A stretch of 32,000 nucleotides of DNA. It comes from Candidatus Methylomirabilis limnetica (GTDB lineage Bacteria > Methylomirabilota > Methylomirabilia > Methylomirabilales > Methylomirabilaceae). The stretch is from contig NZ_NVQC01000010.1 in NCBI RefSeq assembly GCF_003044035.1, forward strand, positions 1 through 32,000, in the 5' to 3' direction. The translations under genes were made by a program, and so were the position numbers. Numbering within the stretch: the stretch's first letter is position 1; each line of letters starts with the position of its first letter. The notes under the pieces were generated by a model. That model saw only the letters and a program-made list of their open reading frames with translations. It was not told where the DNA came from and did no database searches. Below, in pieces: positions 27,281-32,000 of the stretch.

Positions 27281-27330
27281 CCCCCCCACCCTTCCCTCCC
27301 CCTCGGAGGGGGGAGGGGTAGAGAGGGGGT
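27281..27330. repeat. E-type hairpin (CCCTCCCCCTCGGAGGGGGGAGGG variant)
   Basis: Sits between mtnP and the PfkB kinase. The inner core is similar to the first unit at 17653. Confidence 0.7.
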
Positions 27331-27342
27331 GCGAGGCGCATT

Positions 27343-28251
27343 ATGAGTATCCTTGTTGTTGGATCGGTCGCGCTTGACTCCGTCCAGACGCCGTTCGGTA
27401 ATGCGAAAGAGGCGCTGGGTGGTTCCGCGACGTACTTCTCGGTGGCGGCAAGTTTCTTTACCGATGTTCGGGTTGTGGCAGTAGTGGGGGAGGACTTTCC
27501 AGAAGAGCACCTGGCGTTTCTGAAGAGCCGGTCGATTGATCTTGAAGGGCTGGTTCGGGTCCCTGGGCGGACCTTTCGGTGGGCTGGAGAGTACGGGTTT
27601 GATCTGAACGAGGCTAAGACGCTGGAGACGCAGCTCAATGTGTTTGCAGCGTTTCAGCCGGAGATCCCGAAGGCGTACAAAGAAAGCGAGTTGGTCTTCC
27701 TGGCCAACATCGATCCCGATCTGCAGCGGCAAGTTCTTGGCCAGGTGAGCCTGCCGAGGCTGGTGGCGGCCGACACGATGAACTACTGGATCAACGGGAA
27801 GCCCGAGGCGCTCCGGGAGACCCTGAAGCTGGTCGATATCCTGCTGATTAACGACGCCGAGACCCGTCAGCTTGCCGGAGAGCCGAACCTGGTCCTGGCG
27901 GCGCAAAAGATATTGAGTTGGGGACCCACCTCGCTGGTCATCAAGCGGGGAGAGTACGGCGCGCTGATGATCCGAAAGGGCGGGTGGTTTGCCGCGCCAG
28001 CGCTCCCACTCGATTCGGTGTTTGACCCGACGGGAGCGGGTGATTGCTTTGCCGGCGGATTCATCGGGTATCTTGCCAATACGATGAATTTCGAGGAGCA
28101 GAACATCCGGAAGGCGATCGTGATGGGATCGGTAATGGCCTCTTTTAACGTTGAGGCCTTTTCGCTCGATCGCTTACGACGGCTTACCTATCCTGAAATC
28201 GAGGCGAGGTACAAGGCGTTCAAACGCCTCACGCAATTTGAAGACCTTTAG
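27343..28251 (+). CDS. PfkB-family sugar/nucleoside kinase
   Basis: N-terminal VVGSVALD...GGSATY and C-terminal DPTGAGDCFAGGFIGYL signature of the ribokinase/PfkB superfamily. Substrate not assignable. Confidence 0.8.
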   Translation: MSILVVGSVALDSVQTPFGNAKEALGGSATYFSVAASFFTDVRVVAVVGEDFPEEHLAFLKSRSIDLEGLVRVPGRTFRWAGEYGFDLNEAKTLETQLNVFAAFQPEIPKAYKESELVFLANIDPDLQRQVLGQVSLPRLVAADTMNYWINGKPEALRETLKLVDILLINDAETRQLAGEPNLVLAAQKILSWGPTSLVIKRGEYGALMIRKGGWFAAPALPLDSVFDPTGAGDCFAGGFIGYLANTMNFEEQNIRKAIVMGSVMASFNVEAFSLDRLRRLTYPEIEARYKAFKRLTQFEDL

Positions 28252-28266
28252 GCCGAAGGGGAGAAC

Positions 28267-29829
28267 ATGATGGCGAATGAGCGCCATAAGGACAAGCTGG
28301 AAGAGCTGCGCCGCCGACGCGAAGCCGCCATGCAAGGGGGCGGGCAAGGGCGCATCGATCGGCATCACCAGTCGGGGAAGCTGACAGCGCGCGAACGGAT
28401 CGACGTGCTTCTCGATCCGGGGAGTTTCACCGAGCTGGACGCCTTCGTCACCCATCAGTGCCACGACTTTGACATGGATCAGCAACGGATCCCTGGTGAC
28501 GGGGTTGTCATCGGATACGGGACGATCGATGGGCGACAGATCTACATCTTCGCCCAGGATTTCACCGTGTTCGGCGGTAGCCTGAGCGGGGCCCACGCCG
28601 CCAAGATCTGCAAGGTGATGGATTTGGCCATGAAGATGGGTGCTCCAATCATCGGCTTGAGCGATTCTGGAGGGGCCAGAATTCAGGAGGGGGTCGTCTC
28701 GCTGGCGGGATATGCCGATCTCTTCCTCCGCAACACGTTGGCCTCAGGGGTGATCCCGCAGATCGCGGCCATCATGGGACCATGCGCCGGCGGTGCTGTC
28801 TATTCACCGGCCCTGATGGACTTCGTCCTCATGGTGCGCCATACCAGCCACATGTTCGTCACAGGACCTGATGTGATCAAGACCGTCTTACACGAGGAGG
28901 TGAGCTTCGAGGATCTGGGTGGCGCGATGACCCATAATGCCACGTCGGGTGTTGCCCACTTTGCTGTCGATTCAGAGCAGGAGTGCCTGGCTTCGATCAG
29001 GGAACTCCTCTCTTACCTCCCTCAGAACAACGTGGAAGACCCGTCTCTCCGCGAGTCCAGTGACGATCCGGAGCGGCAAGAGGATGCCCTGAACGCCCTT
29101 ATCCCAGACAGCCCCAACAGACCGTACGATATGAAGGAGCTGATCCGCATGGTGGTGGACGACGGCGAGTTTCTAGAGGTTCAGGAACACTTTGCCCGGA
29201 ATATGGTGGTTGGCTTTGGGCGCTTGGGGGGACAGTCGGTCGGGTTTGTCGCCAACCAGCCCATAGCGCTGGCTGGCTGCCTCGACGCCAACTCATCCGT
29301 CAAGGCAGCCCGCTTTATCCGCTTTTGCGATGCCTTCAACATTCCCATCATTACCTTGACGGATGTTCCGGGCTACCTCCCAGGCACAGCCCAGGAACAT
29401 GGCGGTATCATCAAGCACGGAGCGAAGCTGCTTTACGCCTACGGAGAGGCCACGGTACCGAAAATCACCATCATCGTCCGAAAGGCCTACGGGGGCGCCT
29501 ATTGCGTGATGGGCAGTAAGCATATGCGGGCCGATATCAACTTTGCCTATCCGACGGCGGAGATCGCCGTTATGGGACCAGAGGGGGCGGTCAATATCCT
29601 GCATAAGCGGAAGATTGCCGAGGAGGTTGATGACGCTTCTTTCCGCACGGAAAAGGTAGCGGAGTTCCGCGATAAATTTGCTAATCCGTACATTGCCGCA
29701 GAGCGGGGCTACATCGATGAAGTGATCGAGCCGAAAGAGACTCGTCCAAAACTGATCAAGGCGCTTAGGTCACTGAGGACAAAGCGCGTGACTAACCCTC
29801 CAAAGAAACACGGGAACATCCCACTGTAG
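28267..29829 (+). CDS. Acyl-CoA carboxylase carboxyltransferase subunit (propionyl-CoA carboxylase beta / methylmalonyl-CoA carboxyltransferase 12S-like)
   Basis: GKLTARERIDVLLDPGSF, DFTVFGGSLS, DSGGARIQEG, GPCAGGAVYSPA, ANQP...GCLD, RKAYGGAY. Close to the 12S/PccB family along its whole length. Confidence 0.9.
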   Translation: MMANERHKDKLEELRRRREAAMQGGGQGRIDRHHQSGKLTARERIDVLLDPGSFTELDAFVTHQCHDFDMDQQRIPGDGVVIGYGTIDGRQIYIFAQDFTVFGGSLSGAHAAKICKVMDLAMKMGAPIIGLSDSGGARIQEGVVSLAGYADLFLRNTLASGVIPQIAAIMGPCAGGAVYSPALMDFVLMVRHTSHMFVTGPDVIKTVLHEEVSFEDLGGAMTHNATSGVAHFAVDSEQECLASIRELLSYLPQNNVEDPSLRESSDDPERQEDALNALIPDSPNRPYDMKELIRMVVDDGEFLEVQEHFARNMVVGFGRLGGQSVGFVANQPIALAGCLDANSSVKAARFIRFCDAFNIPIITLTDVPGYLPGTAQEHGGIIKHGAKLLYAYGEATVPKITIIVRKAYGGAYCVMGSKHMRADINFAYPTAEIAVMGPEGAVNILHKRKIAEEVDDASFRTEKVAEFRDKFANPYIAAERGYIDEVIEPKETRPKLIKALRSLRTKRVTNPPKKHGNIPL

Positions 29830-29836
29830 AGAGGCA

Positions 29837-29917
29837 GCGTTCAGCCATCGTAGGGGCAGGGCTTGCCCTGCCCCAGAAGGGCGCAGCAAGCAGCGCCCCT
29901 ACGATGGGGCTGAATGC
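29837..29917. repeat. Composite REP-like multi-hairpin element between the carboxyltransferase and biotin carboxylase genes
   Basis: Outer arms TTCAGCCATCGTAGGGG / CCCCTACGATGGGGCTGAA enclose GGGGCAGGG-CTTG-CCCTGCCCC and GGGCGC-AGCAAGCA-GCGCCC. Confidence 0.7.
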
Positions 29918-29939
29918 TGATAGCTGGCGGCTGATTCAC

Positions 29940-31442
29940 ATGTTTGACAAGATCCTGATTGCAAATCGTGGGGAAATCGCTGTTCGGGTGATCCGAGCCT
30001 GTCGCGAGATGGGCATCGGCACGGTGGCGGTCTACTCAGAGGCCGATCGAGCTGCGCTGCACGTCAGGTTGGCGGACGAGGCGTACCTGATCGGTCCAGC
30101 CCCTTCCCCCCAGAGTTATCTCAAGGTTGACCGGATCATCGAGACCGCGAAGCTGTCAGGCACGAATGCCATCCATCCAGGATATGGCTTCCTGTCGGAG
30201 AATGCGGAGTTCGCCTTGCGGTGCGAGGAAGAAGGATTGGTGTTCATCGGTCCTTCCTCTCACGCAATCCGCGCGGTGGGCGGTAAGACTGCCGGCCGGA
30301 ACCTGGCGAGCAATGCCGGTGTCCCTATCGTCCCAGGGACGACCCGAGACCTCACCGATCAGGAGGTACGAGAGGCCGTCCGAGAGCTTGGCCTGCCTGT
30401 GGTCATTAAGGCCTCTGCCGGAGGGGGCGGAAAAGGGATGCGAATCGTCTCAAGCGAGGCGATGCTCGGTAGCGGCATCCGCGCCGCTCGCTCTGAAGCC
30501 TCCTCTGCGTTCGGTAGCTCTGCCATCTATGTGGAGCGGCATCTGGGTTCCGCTCGCCACATCGAGATGCAGATTATAGCCGATACCCGGGGCAACGTGG
30601 TGTACCTTGGGGAGCGCGAATGCTCACTACAGCGGCGTCACCAGAAGGTCATTGAAGAGTCGCCGTCACCCTTTGTGGACCTCGAACTGAGGCACCGGAT
30701 GGGAGAGGCGGCGGTGAGGATAGCCAGAGCCGCAGGCTACACGAATGCCGGAACGATGGAGTTCCTGGTCGATCCGTCCAGGAACTTCTATTTCCTGGAG
30801 ATGAACACGCGGCTACAGGTGGAGCATTCGGTCACCGAGATGGTGACCGGGCTTGACCTGGTGAAAGAGCAGATCCGGATTGCGGCTGGGGAACCGCTCT
30901 CAGTACGGCAAGATGAGATCCAGTTGTACGGTCACGCGATCGAGTGCCGTATCTACGCCGAGGATCCCTTCAATAACTTCATGCCGTCGCCAGGACGGAT
31001 TCGGGCGCTGCGTACGCCTGGTGGGCCTGGCATCCGGATCGAGAGCGCGATCTACGAAGGCTGCGAGGTTCCGATCTACTATGATCCCCTGATCTCGAAA
31101 TTGGTCGTCTGGGGACGGGACCGTAGCGAGGCGATCGGGCGAATGCGACGCGCCCTGGCTGAGTATGTCGTACTCGGCGTGAAGACTAACATCCAGTTCC
31201 ACCAACAGGTCCTTAATCTTTCGGAGTTCGTTACGGGCCAGATCCATACGGAATTTCTTGAGAGTTGGCTGGCCACCGGACTAAAGCCAGAGGGCGAGGC
31301 TTTCGCGGAGATTGCGCTGATTGCTGGAGCGCTCTATCTCCATACCAGGAAGCGCGCAGCCCCCTCGCCCATCGGGGCCGGCGGCCAGGTGGAAAGTGCC
31401 TGGAAGCTCGCCGGCCGTCAGGATGGGCTGCGACGACGATGA
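29940..31442 (+). CDS. accC: Biotin carboxylase subunit
   Basis: MFDKILIANRGEIAVRVIRAC, ATP-grasp (KASAGGGGKGMR), EMNTRLQVEH. The ORF-track start 29904 lies within a REP-like structure. Confidence 0.9.
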   Translation: MFDKILIANRGEIAVRVIRACREMGIGTVAVYSEADRAALHVRLADEAYLIGPAPSPQSYLKVDRIIETAKLSGTNAIHPGYGFLSENAEFALRCEEEGLVFIGPSSHAIRAVGGKTAGRNLASNAGVPIVPGTTRDLTDQEVREAVRELGLPVVIKASAGGGGKGMRIVSSEAMLGSGIRAARSEASSAFGSSAIYVERHLGSARHIEMQIIADTRGNVVYLGERECSLQRRHQKVIEESPSPFVDLELRHRMGEAAVRIARAAGYTNAGTMEFLVDPSRNFYFLEMNTRLQVEHSVTEMVTGLDLVKEQIRIAAGEPLSVRQDEIQLYGHAIECRIYAEDPFNNFMPSPGRIRALRTPGGPGIRIESAIYEGCEVPIYYDPLISKLVVWGRDRSEAIGRMRRALAEYVVLGVKTNIQFHQQVLNLSEFVTGQIHTEFLESWLATGLKPEGEAFAEIALIAGALYLHTRKRAAPSPIGAGGQVESAWKLAGRQDGLRRR

Positions 31443-31945
31443 CCTACTCCGCTGATCTGCATGGCAGAATTCACAGGCTCGCGGTGAAGGGTACGGGATC
31501 GCCAGTACCGGTTCAAATTGACGGGAAGACCTATGATGTCGATTTCAGCGCTGGTGACGGCAGTCTTCTCTCACTTATCGTGATGGGCCGCTCGTACGAG
31601 GCCGATGTGGTCGAAGAATCGGAGGGGGTCCTTACGGTATGGGTGGAGGGCAAGCTGCACCGAATCGAGTACCAGGAGGAGGGGCGTCGCCCCCGAAGAG
31701 GTGCAGGGGTTCCCCGCCAGGACATAGGAGGCCGCCAGATGATTGTGGCCCCGATGCCGGGAAAGGTTGTGGCGTTACTCGTCTCACCAGCGCAAGAGGT
31801 GAGTGCGGGTCAAGGGGTGATTGTCATTGAGGCGATGAAGATGGAAAACGAGTTGAAAGCTTCGGGGCCTGGGGTAATCAAAGAGATCAAGGTTCAAGAA
31901 GGGGACGCTGTCAGCGGAGGCGATGTCCTCATTATTATTGAGTAA
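31439..31945 (+). CDS. Biotin carboxyl carrier protein (1.3S/OadA-C-terminal-like biotinyl domain)
   Basis: EAMKMENEL biotinylation motif. The N-terminal part (VQIDGKTYDVDF) resembles small transcarboxylase-type carriers. The ATG overlaps the accC stop (ATGA). Confidence 0.85.
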   Translation: MTYSADLHGRIHRLAVKGTGSPVPVQIDGKTYDVDFSAGDGSLLSLIVMGRSYEADVVEESEGVLTVWVEGKLHRIEYQEEGRRPRRGAGVPRQDIGGRQMIVAPMPGKVVALLVSPAQEVSAGQGVIVIEAMKMENELKASGPGVIKEIKVQEGDAVSGGDVLIIIE

Positions 31946-31957
31946 CTGTACGGACGG

Positions 31958-31982
31958 CCAGACCGCACCACGGCGCACGAAA
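31958..31982. repeat. Second copy of the CCGCACCACGGYGCACGAAA module
   Basis: See 15367-15393. Followed by ...CACCCCCCC at the window edge. Confidence 0.65.
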
Positions 31983-32000
31983 CGGCATCTTCACCCCCCC

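Noticed and set aside
26506-27906. 466-aa ORF on the minus strand
   Set aside because: It lies entirely antisense to the well-supported mtnP and PfkB genes and crosses their intergenic repeat. It is Arg/Pro/Gly-rich and low in complexity with no recognisable motifs, as expected for a shadow ORF in GC-rich DNA.

Overview
About 60% GC bacterial chromosomal segment packed with housekeeping genes, nearly all on the + strand. Order: a decayed toxin-like remnant; a truncated IS3-family element with an apparently intact IS630-family element inserted into it; tilS-ftsH-folP-glmM; pdxJ-acpS; nnr-tsaE; an MFS (UMF1-type) transporter; tsaB-rimI; a small Trm112-like ORF missing from the ORF track; gltX; a GreA-family factor; tRNA-Gln(CUG). 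A roughly 5 kb segment follows (dusB, a small Cys-rich ORF, tex, an APH-like kinase) whose codon usage differs visibly from the rest. After it come a divergent ychF-like gene (- strand), an RNase H-like exonuclease, mtaB, mtnP, a PfkB kinase, and a three-gene biotin-dependent acyl-CoA carboxylase operon. I see no CRISPR array, rRNA, prophage, or recognisable multi-gene defence or secondary-metabolite system. The unusual content is non-coding. Several families of structured intergenic repeats occupy almost every gene junction: a MITE/Correia-like cassette family, hairpins built from 7-9 nt periodic units, and nested G/C-tract hairpins. The other notable feature is the tRNA-Gln-adjacent segment of apparently foreign, proteobacterial-type genes. 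Taxon cannot be assigned without a database search. All start codons are my best choices from RBS and N-terminal conservation and are not verified.
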